Positions 18,883-29,894 of a stretch of 64,000 nucleotides of DNA are shown one piece after another. Within the stretch, counting starts at the first letter, position 1. Each line of letters starts with the position of its first letter. Under the pieces are notes generated by a model. That model was not told where the DNA came from, made no database searches, and saw only the letters and a list, made by a program, of their open reading frames with translations. The stretch lies in assembly GCA_016926915.1 (NCBI GenBank), contig JAFGNR010000040.1, forward strand, positions 230-64,229. Reading direction: 5' to 3'. The position numbers and the translations under genes were made by a program. Source of the stretch: Anaerolineae bacterium. GTDB taxonomy: Bacteria; Chloroflexota; Anaerolineae; B4-G1; SLSP01.

Positions 18883-19352
18883 TATGCCTCCTTAAAAACC
18901 AGCACCTCAGGCTTCTGCGCCTGATGTGGGTGCTCAGGACCGGCGTAGACCTTAAGCTTCTTGAACATTTTGCGTCCCAAAGGTCCGCGCGGCAGCATCC
19001 CCTTCACTGCGGCCTGGATGACCCGATCGGGGAATGTCTCCAACTGGCGCCTGAGGGTCACCGACTTCAACCCACCGGGATACCCCGAGTGACGATGATA
19101 CAGCTTCTGATCCAGCTTACGACCGGTAGTCGCTACTTTTTCAGCGTTGATCACAATCACGAAATCTCCCACATCCACGTGCGGTGTGTATTCCGGCTTG
19201 TGTTTGCCTCGCAGCATGCGAGCGATCTCCGTTGCCAAACGGCCCAAGGTTTGATCGGTGGCATCCACAATGTACCACTTGCGATCCACCTCGCCGGGCT
19301 TGGCCATATAAGTCTTATGCAGATTTGCTTTTTTCACTTTGTCCTCACTCAC
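18882..19352 (-). CDS. rplM: 50S ribosomal protein L13
   Basis: [43 protein letters not shown]. Confidence 0.95.
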   Translation of the reverse strand: MSEDKVKKANLHKTYMAKPGEVDRKWYIVDATDQTLGRLATEIARMLRGKHKPEYTPHVDVGDFVIVINAEKVATTGRKLDQKLYHRHSGYPGGLKSVTLRRQLETFPDRVIQAAVKGMLPRGPLGRKMFKKLKVYAGPEHPHQAQKPEVLVFKEA

Positions 19353-19400
19353 CCTGGTTATCTAGTAGCCGTTCGACATGCCCGGTGGCATCTCAAGCGC

Positions 19401-20129
19401 TCAATAAGTAACCCCCATCAAGGTCAGGCCGCTTGCCGGTACCGCAGGCCCGGCTCGCCGGCGATCCCGCGTGCGCAAGATTTCCGCGAACGATGCCGTA
19501 TCGAGGTCGCCTCTCCCGACACGGAGCAAAGTCCCCACAAGCATACGCACCATACGGAAAAGAAAAGCATCCGCCTCGATATCGAAGCGCAACAGCTCCT
19601 CCTCCTCACGCCAATCGGCCCGGAAAACCTCTCGTATCGCGTTGTCTCCTTGCGGAGGAGAGCCAAACGCATAGAAGTCCTGTCGTCCGACCAACATCTG
19701 GGCCGCAGCCTGCATCTCCACAATGCTCAACGACCGGCTGACGTGCAGATAAAAGCGTTGGTAAAACGGGTGACGCGTGGCGCCCCGATAAATCCGGTAC
19801 CGGTACCAACGCCGGCGAGCATCGTAGCGCGGGTGGAATCCAGGCGCACTCTCCTGCAGATCCAGAATGGAAATCTGCGCTGGAAGCACAGCATTGAGAC
19901 CGCGCTGAAGGCCCTCCAGACTATGCCGCCACTCCAGATCAAAAGCGATCACTTGTCCCACCGCGTGAACACCGGCATCCGTGCGACCCGCAGCCAGGGT
20001 GCGAACGGATGCGCCGGCAAGTTGTGCCAACGCAGATTCCAGTTCCCCTTGAATGGTCGGAGCGTTCTTTTGAATCTGGTAGCCGCCATATCCTGTGCCA
20101 TCATACGCTACGACGGCCTTGACACGCAC
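19401..20129 (-). CDS. truA: tRNA pseudouridine(38-40) synthase TruA
   Basis: MRVKAVVAYDGTGYGGYQ ... GRTDAGVHAVGQV, including the catalytic Asp context. Confidence 0.9.
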   Translation of the reverse strand: MRVKAVVAYDGTGYGGYQIQKNAPTIQGELESALAQLAGASVRTLAAGRTDAGVHAVGQVIAFDLEWRHSLEGLQRGLNAVLPAQISILDLQESAPGFHPRYDARRRWYRYRIYRGATRHPFYQRFYLHVSRSLSIVEMQAAAQMLVGRQDFYAFGSPPQGDNAIREVFRADWREEEELLRFDIEADAFLFRMVRMLVGTLLRVGRGDLDTASFAEILRTRDRRRAGPAVPASGLTLMGVTY

Positions 20130-20160
20130 GCCCCAGTCCTCCGGACCCGATTCAAACCGG

Positions 20161-20547
20161 CTATTCTTCTACCAGCTCTAAAAGTACCATGGACGCTGCG
20201 TCGCCCTTACGCAGGCCCAACTTCAACATGCGTGTATAACCGCCAGGTCGATCCATGTAACGAGGGGCGATTTCATCGAAAAGCTTCGTCACGATCTTGC
20301 GATCGTTCAACTTCGCCGCCGCAAGGCGTCGTGCATGTACACCTTTGGCAGGTTCTTCCTCTGCAGCTTGAAGACCCCGCTTCGCCTGAGTGATCATGCG
20401 TTCTGCCTGCGAACGGATGGCTTCGGCCTTCGCCCGCGTGGTTTGAATGCGCTCATAACGGAAAAGATCCGTCACAAGACTGCGACGCAACGCGGTGCGC
20501 TGCCCCGATGAGCGATGCAACTTTTTTCCAGCGACGCGATGTCGCAT
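20161..20547 (-). CDS. rplQ: 50S ribosomal protein L17
   Basis: MRHRVAGKKLHRSSGQRTALRRSL. Confidence 0.95.
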   Translation of the reverse strand: MRHRVAGKKLHRSSGQRTALRRSLVTDLFRYERIQTTRAKAEAIRSQAERMITQAKRGLQAAEEEPAKGVHARRLAAAKLNDRKIVTKLFDEIAPRYMDRPGGYTRMLKLGLRKGDAASMVLLELVEE

Positions 20548-20576
20548 TTCAACCTCCTCGATCAGGGAACAACAGC

Positions 20577-21557
20577 CTATTCGGCCTCATCCCCAGTGTC
20601 TTCTTCTGTGTCGTCTTCTTCTAAGAACCCCTTCAGTTCCAGCTGCTCGGCCAGTTCCTGAAGGGATTTTTCGCCGAAGTTACGGATAGCAAGCATCGCA
20701 TCCTTACCACGGCGCATCATTTCCAGAACCTCTCCGACATTGGAGATCCCGGTCCGTTTCAGAGCATTGTAGACGCGAACCCCTAGCCCCAAATCCTCGA
20801 TCGGCATCGCATAGGCCCGATGGGGGATCGCTTCGGCTTCCGGTTCTTCCACCACGGTTTCTGCGGCTTCGGGTTCGATCTCTGCACCGGCGATCAGATG
20901 CAGATGTTTGACCAGCACGCGCGCAGATTCCTTCAGTGCATCCAAAGGATCGACGCGACCATCGGTCCAGATCTCCATCACCAACCGGTCGTAATTGGTC
21001 AACTGCCCCACGCGCGCCTGGTCCACCTGATAGGCGACGCGGCGCACAGGACTAAAAATCGCATCGACGGGCAGCTGCCCAATCGGCAGTCTTCCACGAT
21101 CCTCTGAAGGCAGGTATCCCCGACCTTTCTCCACCGTGAATTCGAAATCCAGATGAACATCGCTGCCGTCCACGGTGAAGAGATAGAGATCAGGATTAAT
21201 GATCTCTATCTCAGGTGGGGCAATGATATCTCCTGCCGTTACCACACCTTCACCATCGACGCGCAATGTCATATACTGCGGGCCTTCCCCATCCATCATC
21301 AGACGGATTTGTTTGAGGCGCAGAATCATCTGGATGACGTCCTCGCGCACTCCGGGGATAGCCATAAACTCATGGGAAATATCCAATACCCGCATCGCGG
21401 TGATAGCCGCCCCTTCCAGCGAAGAAAGCAGCACGCGACGGAGAGAATTCCCCAGGGTTACCCCATATCCTCCCTCAAGCGGGCCGATAACATACCGGCC
21501 ATACTTCTGGGTATTGACATCAACCTCGACCTTTGGCAGAACTGGCGCTGCTAACAC
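20577..21557 (-). CDS. rpoA: DNA-directed RNA polymerase subunit alpha
   Basis: N-terminal domain GPLEGGYGVTLGNSLRRVLLSS plus an alpha-CTD (NALKRTGISNVGEVL). Start placed at the GTG at 21557 (RBS AGGAGG), which aligns with the Thermus RpoA N-terminus and avoids a 20-nt overlap with rpsD. The ORF-track start at 21593 is the alternative. Confidence 0.9.
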   Translation of the reverse strand: MLAAPVLPKVEVDVNTQKYGRYVIGPLEGGYGVTLGNSLRRVLLSSLEGAAITAMRVLDISHEFMAIPGVREDVIQMILRLKQIRLMMDGEGPQYMTLRVDGEGVVTAGDIIAPPEIEIINPDLYLFTVDGSDVHLDFEFTVEKGRGYLPSEDRGRLPIGQLPVDAIFSPVRRVAYQVDQARVGQLTNYDRLVMEIWTDGRVDPLDALKESARVLVKHLHLIAGAEIEPEAAETVVEEPEAEAIPHRAYAMPIEDLGLGVRVYNALKRTGISNVGEVLEMMRRGKDAMLAIRNFGEKSLQELAEQLELKGFLEEDDTEEDTGDEAE

Positions 21558-21573
21558 GTCGCCTCCTGTCTGC

Positions 21574-22215
21574 TTAGCGTGAGTAGAACTCAACGATCAA
21601 CTGTTCCTGCACCGGCACATCAATCTCTTGACGGGTCGGCATCGCCAAAACACGGCCTTCCAGCTGCCCCTCATCCAGACCCAACCAGGCGGGAATAGCA
21701 CGTTTTCCCAACAGGTCGCGCCGCATCTTGAAATACTGGTTGCGCCGGCTCTCGGCACGCACCGCGATGACATCCCCGACGCGCGCGGCATAGGAAGGGA
21801 TATTGGTCTTGCGACCGTTCACCGTGAAATGACCATGCTGAACTAACTGGCGCGCCTGTGTCCGTGAATCGGCCAACCCGAGCCGGTAGACAACGTTATC
21901 CAACCGGGTCTCAAGCAACACCAACAGGTTCTCACCCGTCAGCCCAGCCCGACGTTCCGCGGCATGGAAGTAACGCCGGAACTGACGTTCAAGAACACCG
22001 TAGAGCCGCCGAACTTTCTGCTTCTCGCGGAGCTGAATCGTGTAGTTCGACGAAGTACGGCGCCCGCGGAAGGCAGCTTCACGACCATGTTGTCCGGGGG
22101 GATAAGAACGCTTCTCAAACGGGCATTTCTCCGAGTAGCACTTATCACCTTTCAAGAAAAGCTTCATTCCCTCACGCCGACAAAGCTTACAAGCAGGGCC
22201 TACATATCTAGCCAT
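21574..22215 (-). CDS. rpsD: 30S ribosomal protein S4
   Basis: [26 protein letters not shown] with the zinc-ribbon Cys pairs. Confidence 0.95.
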   Translation of the reverse strand: MARYVGPACKLCRREGMKLFLKGDKCYSEKCPFEKRSYPPGQHGREAAFRGRRTSSNYTIQLREKQKVRRLYGVLERQFRRYFHAAERRAGLTGENLLVLLETRLDNVVYRLGLADSRTQARQLVQHGHFTVNGRKTNIPSYAARVGDVIAVRAESRRNQYFKMRRDLLGKRAIPAWLGLDEGQLEGRVLAMPTRQEIDVPVQEQLIVEFYSR

Positions 22216-22233
22216 GCAATATCCTCCTGCAGA

Positions 22234-22641
22234 TCAGACTCGTCGCCGCTTTGGCGGACGACACCCGTTGTGAGGAATCGGGGTGACATCGACGATCGAC
22301 CGCACCCGCATTCCGCCAGCAGCGATGGCGCGTAGCGCGGCTTCGCGACCAGGGCCAGCTCCCTTAACAAAGACATCCACTTCGTGCATGCCATCTCCCG
22401 ACGTGGCTTCCAGCACAACCTTTTCCGCCGCAGTGCGGGCAGCAAAGGGCGTACTTTTGCGCGTCCCCTTGAAGCCAACCGCGCCCGCGCTGGACCAATG
22501 TAGAACATTACCGTCGGGGTCGGTTACTGTGACGATCGTGTTGTTGAACGTCGAATGAATATAGATATGTCCGCGAGGCACATTACGCTTCACACGACGC
22601 GTTGTCCTCACGCCCCGGCGACGAGATGTGGTTTTAGCCAT
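22234..22641 (-). CDS. rpsK: 30S ribosomal protein S11
   Basis: [22 protein letters not shown]. Confidence 0.95.
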   Translation of the reverse strand: MAKTTSRRRGVRTTRRVKRNVPRGHIYIHSTFNNTIVTVTDPDGNVLHWSSAGAVGFKGTRKSTPFAARTAAEKVVLEATSGDGMHEVDVFVKGAGPGREAALRAIAAGGMRVRSIVDVTPIPHNGCRPPKRRRV

Positions 22642-22691
22642 GAATCCTCCTCAGCAACTCTATCATAGCGTTTTCGGAATAGTTGAATGAC

Positions 22692-23081
22692 CTACTTCTT
22701 CTTCGCGCCACGCCGGCGACCGCGACCGGGCACCGTCTTGCGCGGCCCCCGCTTGGTCCGGGCGTTCGTGCGCGTGCGCTGACCCCGCACCGGGAGATTG
22801 CGCCGGTGGCGCAGCCCCCGATAGCTGCCGATTTCGATCAGGCGCTTGATATTCATCTGCACATCACGTCGCAGATCACCTTCCACGAGATAATCACGAT
22901 CGATCATCTCACGCAGCAGAGCCACTTCGCTCTCCGTCAGATCCTTGACGCGCGTATCGGGATTGACCCCCGTCTGCGCCAGGATCTCGTTGCTCGTCGA
23001 ACGCCCGATCCCGTAAATGTAAGTCAGCCCGATTTCCACACGCTTGTTGCGAGGCAAGTCAACGCCTGCGATACGTGCCAT
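22692..23081 (-). CDS. rpsM: 30S ribosomal protein S13
   Basis: [26 protein letters not shown]. Confidence 0.95.
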   Translation of the reverse strand: MARIAGVDLPRNKRVEIGLTYIYGIGRSTSNEILAQTGVNPDTRVKDLTESEVALLREMIDRDYLVEGDLRRDVQMNIKRLIEIGSYRGLRHRRNLPVRGQRTRTNARTKRGPRKTVPGRGRRRGAKKK

Positions 23082-23128
23082 TTGTCTCCTCCAAACTACC
23101 TATTCTTTGCTACAAATCCCAGCGCCGC

Positions 23129-23242
23129 CTAGCCCTGGCGCTGCTTATGCTTGGGATTCTCGCAAATCACGCGCACAACCCCACGTCGTCGAATGATCTT
23201 GCACTTCGGACAACGCCGCTTCACCGATGGTGACACCTTCAT
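23129..23242 (-). CDS. rpmJ: 50S ribosomal protein L36, not in the supplied ORF track
   Basis: Hand translation of the minus strand gives [37 protein letters not shown], 37 aa with zinc-ribbon Cys residues. It sits between map and rpsM. Confidence 0.9.
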   Translation of the reverse strand: MKVSPSVKRRCPKCKIIRRRGVVRVICENPKHKQRQG

Positions 23243-23260
23243 GAGTTCTCTTGCTCCTCC

Positions 23261-24055
23261 CTACTTTAGCCGGGTAAAAATCTCCGGCGTTCCATCCATG
23301 ATCGCTACAGTATCCTCGAAATGGGCTGTGAGCGATCCATCAGCCGATACCACTGTCCAGTGATCACTCAGAACTCTCGTGCGCGACGTTCCCACAAGCA
23401 CCATCGGTTCGATGCAGAACGTCATGCCGGATTGTAAAGGAATCCCATGCCCCGCGTGACCGTAATTCAACACCTGCGGAGCTTCATGCAGATTCGCGCC
23501 AATGCCATGTCCGCTGTAGTGATGGGTCAAATAGAACCCTTGCGATTCGATATGGCGCTGCACTGCGCTCGAGACATCCCCCAGGCGCTTACCCACACGA
23601 GATTGAGCGATCCCGGCCTCTAAGGCTCCCTTGGTTACCGCTAGTAGACGCCGGGCATCCTGGGAAATTGCCCCCACTGCATACGTGCGGGCCGCGTCGC
23701 CATGATAGCCGTGATAGAAAGCCCCCACATCCACAGTGATGAGGTCGCCTTCCTCCAGAACGCGATCCCCAGGAATACCATGGACCAACTCCTCGTTGAC
23801 CGAAGCACAGATCGAAGCCGGGAAAGGCCGGGGGCTGTCAGGAGGGTACCCGAGAAACGAGGGGGTTGCCCCACGCCGACGAATCCAATCCTCGGCCAAC
23901 CGGTCAAGTTCAGCCGTCGTGATGCCCGGACGCAGGTGCTCTTCCAGCAAAGCGAGCACCTCCGCCACGATCTTCCCAGCCTCACGCATGGCCGCCAATG
24001 CCTCTGGGCGCTTGAGATTTACCACAACCTCGCTCCAGTCAACGAAACCGTACAA
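23261..24055 (-). CDS. map: Methionine aminopeptidase type I
   Basis: Pita-bread fold motifs (HGIGANLHE ... metal ligands D, D, H, E, E). The exact start is uncertain; an upstream in-frame GTG is possible. Confidence 0.85.
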   Translation of the reverse strand: MYGFVDWSEVVVNLKRPEALAAMREAGKIVAEVLALLEEHLRPGITTAELDRLAEDWIRRRGATPSFLGYPPDSPRPFPASICASVNEELVHGIPGDRVLEEGDLITVDVGAFYHGYHGDAARTYAVGAISQDARRLLAVTKGALEAGIAQSRVGKRLGDVSSAVQRHIESQGFYLTHHYSGHGIGANLHEAPQVLNYGHAGHGIPLQSGMTFCIEPMVLVGTSRTRVLSDHWTVVSADGSLTAHFEDTVAIMDGTPEIFTRLK

Positions 24056-24158
24056 CTTTGAAAAGTGCTCGGGACGCCATAGAGCGTCTCTGTGCCCGGC
24101 GACCCGAATATAACATCATACCCGATTTTGCGTTTTTCACAAGGCCAGCACACCCGTG

Positions 24159-25457
24159 CTACTGCAGGAATCCCTCGTAGTGACGCATCAGCAGCTGCGC
24201 CTCCAACTGGCGCATCGTATCGACGACCGTTCCCACCACAATCAGCAAGCCGGAACTGGCGATCAACATGACGTTGGATTGCAGGAATTGCAGATACCCG
24301 ATCAGGTAAGGCAGCACAGCCACGACACCCAGGAAAAGCGCCCCCGCCAGTGTAATACGCCGGTAGATGTTGTTGATGAACTCCTCGGTCTTCTTTCCCG
24401 GACGTACACCCGGAATGAAGCCCCCCTGCCGCTGCAACGTCTCGGGTAAGTTCTGTTGCTGCACCATGACATCGGTATAGAAGTAGGTGAATCCCACAAC
24501 CATCACAAAGTACAATAGCGCATACCAGGGACTATTGCTGCTGAAGAAGGCTACGATGCCACTGGCGAGATTCTCCTGCCCCGGTTTCACGAAAAACTGC
24601 GCGATCACGGCCGGGAACGTCAAGAATGACTGGGCGAAGATGAGTGGGATCATGCCGGCGGTATTCACCTTCAACGGAATGTAAGTGCTCCCGCCGCCAT
24701 AGACCTTCATCCCCCGCACGCGCTTGCCGTATTGCACCTTGATCCGGCGTTCACCTTCTTGCACGAAAACGATAAACAGCACCGTGACCACCGTCAGCAC
24801 CAGGAAGATCACGACGCCCAACACTTTATCGGTCTCCCATAGTTGCACCAGATTGCGCGGCAGACGCGCCACGATACCCCCGAAGATGATCAGGGACAAC
24901 CCGTTACCGATACCCTGTTCGGTGATGAGCTCGCCTAACCAGACTGCAAACATCGTGCCGGCAGTCATGGTGAACAGGATAGAGATTGTGGACAAGATTT
25001 GTCCTTGTTGAAAACCGAAGTTCGGCAGAATGTTGGCCTGCACCGATAGGGATTGGGCCAGACCGAACGAGTAGAGCAATCCCAACGGGACAGTCAGGAA
25101 AAAGGTCCACTGGTTCTGTTTGCGCTGTCCCGCTTCCCCTTCCTCCCGCAACTTCTGTTCCAGGCTGGGGAAAATTGGGACTAATAGCTGGATAACGATA
25201 GAAGCGGTCACGTACGGCGAAACACTTGCCGCCAGGACGGAGAAGTTAGCGATGGCTCCCCCCGAAAGCATGTCGATCAAATTGATCAACTGCCCGGTTG
25301 CCGAACCCCCGGTCAACAACTGCTCGAGGGCCACGCGATCCACCCCCGGCACCGGGATATTCGATGCCAGACGGAAAATCACAAGGATCAACCCCGTATA
25401 GAGCAGCCGTCTCCGTAAGTCAGGCAGTCTCAGAGCGTTACGCAAAGCCTCAATCAT
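24159..25457 (-). CDS. secY: Preprotein translocase subunit SecY
   Basis: 432 aa, 10 TM helices. N-terminal MIEALRNALRLPDLRRRLLYTGLILVIFRLASNIPVPG. Confidence 0.95.
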   Translation of the reverse strand: MIEALRNALRLPDLRRRLLYTGLILVIFRLASNIPVPGVDRVALEQLLTGGSATGQLINLIDMLSGGAIANFSVLAASVSPYVTASIVIQLLVPIFPSLEQKLREEGEAGQRKQNQWTFFLTVPLGLLYSFGLAQSLSVQANILPNFGFQQGQILSTISILFTMTAGTMFAVWLGELITEQGIGNGLSLIIFGGIVARLPRNLVQLWETDKVLGVVIFLVLTVVTVLFIVFVQEGERRIKVQYGKRVRGMKVYGGGSTYIPLKVNTAGMIPLIFAQSFLTFPAVIAQFFVKPGQENLASGIVAFFSSNSPWYALLYFVMVVGFTYFYTDVMVQQQNLPETLQRQGGFIPGVRPGKKTEEFINNIYRRITLAGALFLGVVAVLPYLIGYLQFLQSNVMLIASSGLLIVVGTVVDTMRQLEAQLLMRHYEGFLQ

Positions 25458-25483
25458 GGTATTGCCTCCGTGAGCAAATTAGG

Positions 25484-25966
25484 TTAGCGCGTACGATACC
25501 CACCACGCTGCCAGGGCAGCAGTTCCACAGTCCCACCGGCGGCCTCGATCTTCATGCGTGCACTCGCCGAGACCCGCTGAGCCTTGACCGTGTAAGGGTG
25601 ATCGACTTCACCCTGTCCCAAGACAGCCACCAGATCGGTAGCATGTTTGATCAACCCGCGCTCAGCCAATGTTTCCGGAGAGATCTCATCCCCTGATTCG
25701 AAGTACTTCGCCAGTTTCTCAAGATTGACCGGCTGAAACTCAACTTTCCAGGGATTGAAGAAATTGTAACCACGGGCGAAGGGGAGTTTCCGTACCAGGG
25801 GCAGCTGACCACCCTCGAAGTACGGGCGCACACCACCGCCACTGCGCGCGTTCTGGCCCTTGGTGCCCCGTCCGGCAGTCTTACCCTGCCCAGCAGCAAT
25901 ACCCCGGCCTACCCGCCGTTTGCGCTTCTTTGACCCCTCAGAGGGGTGCAAATCATGTAGTTTCAT
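25484..25966 (-). CDS. rplO: 50S ribosomal protein L15
   Basis: MKLHDLHPSEGSKKRKRRVGRGIAAGQGKTAGRG. ATG at 25966 with RBS GGAGG. Confidence 0.9.
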   Translation of the reverse strand: MKLHDLHPSEGSKKRKRRVGRGIAAGQGKTAGRGTKGQNARSGGGVRPYFEGGQLPLVRKLPFARGYNFFNPWKVEFQPVNLEKLAKYFESGDEISPETLAERGLIKHATDLVAVLGQGEVDHPYTVKAQRVSASARMKIEAAGGTVELLPWQRGGYRTR

Positions 25967-25984
25967 CCTAACCTCCACAACCCG

Positions 25985-26191
25985 CTATGCCTCGTCGGCG
26001 CCAGCACTCTCAATCGGTTCAACCTGAACGAGATGTGCGATACTGGCTACCATGCCGCGCACGGCAGGATTATCAGGTCGCAGCACGACCTGGTGCATTT
26101 TCCGTAGTCCCAACGCTTTGGCCGTAGCCTTTTGTCGCACGGAGTAACCAATCGGGCTGCGGACCAGCTTAATCCGCAACATCTTTGCCAT
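25985..26191 (-). CDS. rpmD: 50S ribosomal protein L30
   Basis: [31 protein letters not shown]. Confidence 0.9.
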   Translation of the reverse strand: MAKMLRIKLVRSPIGYSVRQKATAKALGLRKMHQVVLRPDNPAVRGMVASIAHLVQVEPIESAGADEA

Positions 26192-26730
26192 CAGGCCTTC
26201 CTCCTTCGCCAGAACGGCATCACGTGCGCTTCGGCGACGCCACGATCGGCAGCGACGTCCTCAACCCGGCGCAGAGAACGCAACGCCGTTATCGTCGCTT
26301 GCACCACATTGACCTTCGTGGCGCTCCCCAGTGATTTCGTGAGCACGTCACGAATGCCGGCGGCTTCCAGAACAGGACGCACTGCGCCACCTGCGATCAC
26401 GCCGGTGCCGGGTGTTGCCGGCAATAGCAACACGCGAGCCCCACCACAACGTCCCGTGACCTCATGGGGAACCGTCGTCCCTTCCAGAGCAATGGGCGCC
26501 ATATCCCGGCGCGCCCGCTCGGTCGCTTTGCCGATCGCTTCGGGGACACGGGGCGCTTTGCCAATCCCGATCCCTACCTGGCCTTTGTTGTCGCCCACGA
26601 TCGCCACAACGCGGAAGTGAAACGTGCGGCCACCCTTGACCACTTTGGCGACGCGCGCAATATCTACTACGCGCTCGTCCAGTTCTTCTTCCATACCTTC
26701 TTCTTTTCTTCGACGATCTCGTCGCTCCAT
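26191..26730 (-). CDS. rpsE: 30S ribosomal protein S5
   Basis: [27 protein letters not shown]. The start could instead be the internal Met at about 26694. Confidence 0.9.
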   Translation of the reverse strand: MERRDRRRKEEGMEEELDERVVDIARVAKVVKGGRTFHFRVVAIVGDNKGQVGIGIGKAPRVPEAIGKATERARRDMAPIALEGTTVPHEVTGRCGGARVLLLPATPGTGVIAGGAVRPVLEAAGIRDVLTKSLGSATKVNVVQATITALRSLRRVEDVAADRGVAEAHVMPFWRRRKA

Positions 26731-26768
26731 TGTTCCTCCTGCCGACCTGAACTAGGCACAGGTGCGCA

Positions 26769-27137
26769 TTAGAAATCCAGGCCCGCCTCACGCGCAGCGT
26801 CGGCAAAGGCCTTGACGCGACCGTGATACTTGTACCCGGCGCGATCGAACACTACCATCTTGATACCCTGTTGCAGAGCCCGCTCTGCCAGGACACGCCC
26901 AACGATTTTCGCCTGTTCCGTTTTGTTCTTGTCCGCGACCTGATCACGAATCCCCTGATCAATGGTTGATGCAGAGGCCAGCGTATGTCCGACGCTGTCA
27001 TCGATGATTTGAGCATAGAAATGATGCAGACTTCGATACACATTCAGGCGTGGACGTTCTGTCGTGCCCTCCAGCTTGCGGCGGATATGCGCACGACGGC
27101 GTTCGCGGGCTTTTCGACGATCAACTTCTGGTTTCAT
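26769..27137 (-). CDS. rplR: 50S ribosomal protein L18
   Basis: [18 protein letters not shown] ... [24 protein letters not shown]. Confidence 0.95.
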   Translation of the reverse strand: MKPEVDRRKARERRRAHIRRKLEGTTERPRLNVYRSLHHFYAQIIDDSVGHTLASASTIDQGIRDQVADKNKTEQAKIVGRVLAERALQQGIKMVVFDRAGYKYHGRVKAFADAAREAGLDF

Positions 27138-27173
27138 TTTTCTCTATCACCCTCAGTTCCACGCAAGTATTGA

Positions 27174-27719
27174 CTAACCGGCCTTACCAGCCTTGCCCGC
27201 CTTGCGGCGAACCAGCTCACCGGCGTAACGAATGCCCTTGCCCAGATAAGGCTCTACAGGACGCCACCCGCGGATCTCAGCAGCCACCTGCCCGACCACC
27301 TGCTTGTCGATACCTTCCACTGTGATCGTGTTAGCACGTGGATTCACGTTGAAAATCACGTCTTTTGGCGGCTCCATAACCACCGGGTGTGAATACCCCA
27401 GGTTCATCACCAAGTTCTTGCCTTGCAACTCAGCGCGGTAGCCGGTTCCATGGATTTCCAACGTGATACTATACCCTTGGGTCACGCCAATCACCATGTT
27501 ATTGAGCAACGCCCGCGTCAGACCATGCAAGGCGCGGAACTGACGGGAATCGCTAGGGCGTTCTACCCGAACCACACCATCCTGGACCGCAATAGACATT
27601 TCGGGATGGAACTCATACATAAGCTCCCCCTTGGGACCGCGCACGGTCACACAGCTTCCAGCGATCTCTACCGCGACCCCCGCAGGAATCGAAATCGGCA
27701 TTTTTCCAATACGTGACAC
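27174..27719 (-). CDS. rplF: 50S ribosomal protein L6
   Basis: MSRIGKMPISIPAGVAVEIAG ... VTVRGPKGEL. Confidence 0.95.
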   Translation of the reverse strand: MSRIGKMPISIPAGVAVEIAGSCVTVRGPKGELMYEFHPEMSIAVQDGVVRVERPSDSRQFRALHGLTRALLNNMVIGVTQGYSITLEIHGTGYRAELQGKNLVMNLGYSHPVVMEPPKDVIFNVNPRANTITVEGIDKQVVGQVAAEIRGWRPVEPYLGKGIRYAGELVRRKAGKAGKAG

Positions 27720-27743
27720 ACTACACCTCCTGGCGCTCTCGTG

Positions 27744-28148
27744 CTACCACACGTAGCAGATGATCTCGCCGCCCACATTGAGACGACGCGCCTGCTGGCC
27801 AGTGAGGACGCCTTTAGGCGTGGAGAGAATCGCGATCCCCATACCACTGCGCACCCAAGGAATCTCCCCGGCCGGCGTGTACACGCGCCGACCCGGTTTA
27901 CTCACCCGCTTCAGGCCCGAGATAACCGGGCGCTGATGCTTGATATCCTTGCCCACGTATTTCAGGCGAATGATCAGCGTCGGCTGCGGCTTCTCGTCCG
28001 TAACCCGGTAGTCGTCGATGTAACCTTCCTCTCTCAAGATGCGGGCCAAAGCGACTTTGATCTTGGATGAGGGCATCGAGACGGTTTCATGCCGCACCAT
28101 CAAAGCATTGCGGATTCGCGTCAGCATATCAGCAATAGGGTCTGTCAT
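27744..28148 (-). CDS. rpsH: 30S ribosomal protein S8
   Basis: [15 protein letters not shown]. Start at the ATG at 28148 (RBS GGGAG); the ORF-track start at 28319 would overlap rpsN. Confidence 0.95.
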   Translation of the reverse strand: MTDPIADMLTRIRNALMVRHETVSMPSSKIKVALARILREEGYIDDYRVTDEKPQPTLIIRLKYVGKDIKHQRPVISGLKRVSKPGRRVYTPAGEIPWVRSGMGIAILSTPKGVLTGQQARRLNVGGEIICYVW

Positions 28149-28161
28149 ACCTACAACTCCC

Positions 28162-28344
28162 TCACCAACTCGACTTAACCATGCCAGGGATCTTTCCTTC
28201 GAGCGCCAACTCGCGAAGACAGATCCGGCACAGACCAAAGCGACGGTAGTACGCTCGGGGACGACCACACCGGCTACAGCGGTTGCGAACCCGAACCTTG
28301 TATTTGCGCCGCGTTTCACGAATGGGCATTGATGTCTTTGCCAT
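28162..28344 (-). CDS. rpsN: 30S ribosomal protein S14, zinc-binding type Z
   Basis: 60 aa with a C-x2-C ... C-x2-C zinc ribbon ([20 protein letters not shown]). Confidence 0.95.
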   Translation of the reverse strand: MAKTSMPIRETRRKYKVRVRNRCSRCGRPRAYYRRFGLCRICLRELALEGKIPGMVKSSW

Positions 28345-28364
28345 AAAAGTCTACCTCCCCTGCT

Positions 28365-28904
28365 TTATGAACGATGGAAGGGCATGCCCAACAGCTCCAA
28401 CAACCTGCGGCCTTCCTCATCCGTTTGCGCCGTCGTATTGATGGAGATCTCAAATCCGCGGATCCTATCGATCATATCGTAGTCGATCTCTGGGAAAATG
28501 AGCTGTTCACGAATGCCCAACGTGTAGTTGCCGTGCCCATCGAACTTGTCGGGCACCCCCCGAAAGTCGCGGGTTCGGGGCAACGCAACGTTCATCAGGC
28601 GATCCAAGAACGCCCACATTCGTTCACCCCGCAGAGTAACCTTCACGCCAATCGGCCGCCCCTCTCGCAACTTGAACGCCGCAACGGACTTGCGCGCTTT
28701 CGTCACTACAGGCGCTTGTCCCGTAACCGTCTTTAGATCACGCACAGCGTTCTCCATCGACTTGGGATTATCCATAGCTTCGCCCATTCCGATGTTCAAA
28801 ACGACCTTGCGAATGCGTGGCACCTGCATAACATTGCCGTATTCGAATTCTTTCATCAAGACCGGAACGATCTCATCCTGGTAACGCTTCTTTAGTTCTG
28901 GCAT
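28365..28904 (-). CDS. rplE: 50S ribosomal protein L5
   Basis: [31 protein letters not shown]. Confidence 0.95.
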   Translation of the reverse strand: MPELKKRYQDEIVPVLMKEFEYGNVMQVPRIRKVVLNIGMGEAMDNPKSMENAVRDLKTVTGQAPVVTKARKSVAAFKLREGRPIGVKVTLRGERMWAFLDRLMNVALPRTRDFRGVPDKFDGHGNYTLGIREQLIFPEIDYDMIDRIRGFEISINTTAQTDEEGRRLLELLGMPFHRS

Positions 28905-28916
28905 GCTTCATACTCC

Positions 28917-29240
28917 TCAGTCAATTGCTTCGCCGCACTTCCGGCAGATACGCACTTTACCACCATCATCAGCAACCTGGTAACCTACGCGCGTCGCAGC
29001 CTTGCATCGTGGGCAGACCAACATGACATTAGAAATATGAACCGGCGCCTCGAACTGAATCCGCCCGGCCTGCGTTTGCGAACGCCCGGCACGGACCGGC
29101 TTCTGGTGCTTTGTGACAATGTTGACCTTGGAGACCACAACCCGATTCTCCTTCGGCAACACACGCAGCACGATGTTGCGCGCACCGCGATCATCTCCGG
29201 CGATAACCTCGACCGTATCACCCTTTTTGATCCGATTCAT
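28917..29240 (-). CDS. rplX: 50S ribosomal protein L24
   Basis: MNRIKKGDTVEVIAGDDRG (KOW motif). ATG at 29240 preferred over the upstream GTG at 29249. Confidence 0.9.
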   Translation of the reverse strand: MNRIKKGDTVEVIAGDDRGARNIVLRVLPKENRVVVSKVNIVTKHQKPVRAGRSQTQAGRIQFEAPVHISNVMLVCPRCKAATRVGYQVADDGGKVRICRKCGEAID

Positions 29241-29260
29241 CTTCCTCACCTCGCCACCGG

Positions 29261-29632
29261 TTAAAGCACTTCCGGCGCCAGAGATACGATTTTCATAAAG
29301 CCTTTTTCACGCAGTTCCCTGGCCACAGGCCCAAAGATACGAGTGCCCCGAGGATTGGTGCCGGAACTATCCAGAATCACAGCAGCATTCTCGTCAAAGC
29401 GGATGTAAGACCCGTCAGAACGACGGTATTCCTTGGCCACGCGCACGATAACGGCGCGTACGACCTCACCCTTCTTGACCGAAGCCGTCGGCGTTGCCGA
29501 CTTCACCGTGGCCACAATCGTATCTCCGATATACCCATACTTCCGTCTGGAACCACCCATCACTTGAATGCAAAGGATTTCCTGAGCTCCGGTATTGTCC
29601 GCAATCTTAAGGCGCGTTTCACTCTGGATCAT
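29261..29632 (-). CDS. rplN: 50S ribosomal protein L14
   Basis: [27 protein letters not shown] at 29632 with RBS AAGGAGG, 10 nt after the rpsQ stop. Confidence 0.95.
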   Translation of the reverse strand: MIQSETRLKIADNTGAQEILCIQVMGGSRRKYGYIGDTIVATVKSATPTASVKKGEVVRAVIVRVAKEYRRSDGSYIRFDENAAVILDSSGTNPRGTRIFGPVARELREKGFMKIVSLAPEVL

Positions 29633-29642
29633 CGTCGCCTCC

Positions 29643-29894
29643 TTATGCAGCCCGTTCCAGAATTTCTTCGACAACCCAGCGCTTGTGGCGGCTCAACGGG
29701 CGGGACTCTATAATCCTCACACGATCACCCACGCGACAAGCATTCTCTTCATCGTGGGCCATATACTTCTTGGCCGACTTCACCACTTTCTTGTACAGTG
29801 GATGACGATACTTGCGCTCCACCCGGACCACGACAGTTTTCTGCATCTTGTCGCTGGTCACCAAACCGACCAAATTTCTGCGACGTTCTTTCAT
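29643..29894 (-). CDS. rpsQ: 30S ribosomal protein S17
   Basis: [29 protein letters not shown]. Confidence 0.95.
   Translation of the reverse strand: MKERRRNLVGLVTSDKMQKTVVVRVERKYRHPLYKKVVKSAKKYMAHDEENACRVGDRVRIIESRPLSRHKRWVVEEILERAA

Noticed and set aside
18834-20393. 519-aa plus-strand ORF, and similar long ORFs at 4336-5262(-), 7916-8746(-), 55095-56177(+), 56812-57786(+), 41002-42090(+), 40310-41077(+)
   Set aside because: Each lies entirely antisense to a confidently identified gene (truA/rplM/rplQ, dnaA, lctP, the BMP gene, clpC, rpoB). Stop-codon depletion on the reverse strand of high-GC genes produces such ORFs. None has a recognisable motif or RBS.
23243-23260. Expected infA (IF-1) and adk between secY/map and rpmJ
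   Set aside because: Only 18 nt separate map and rpmJ, and map follows secY directly. These genes are simply not in this cluster.
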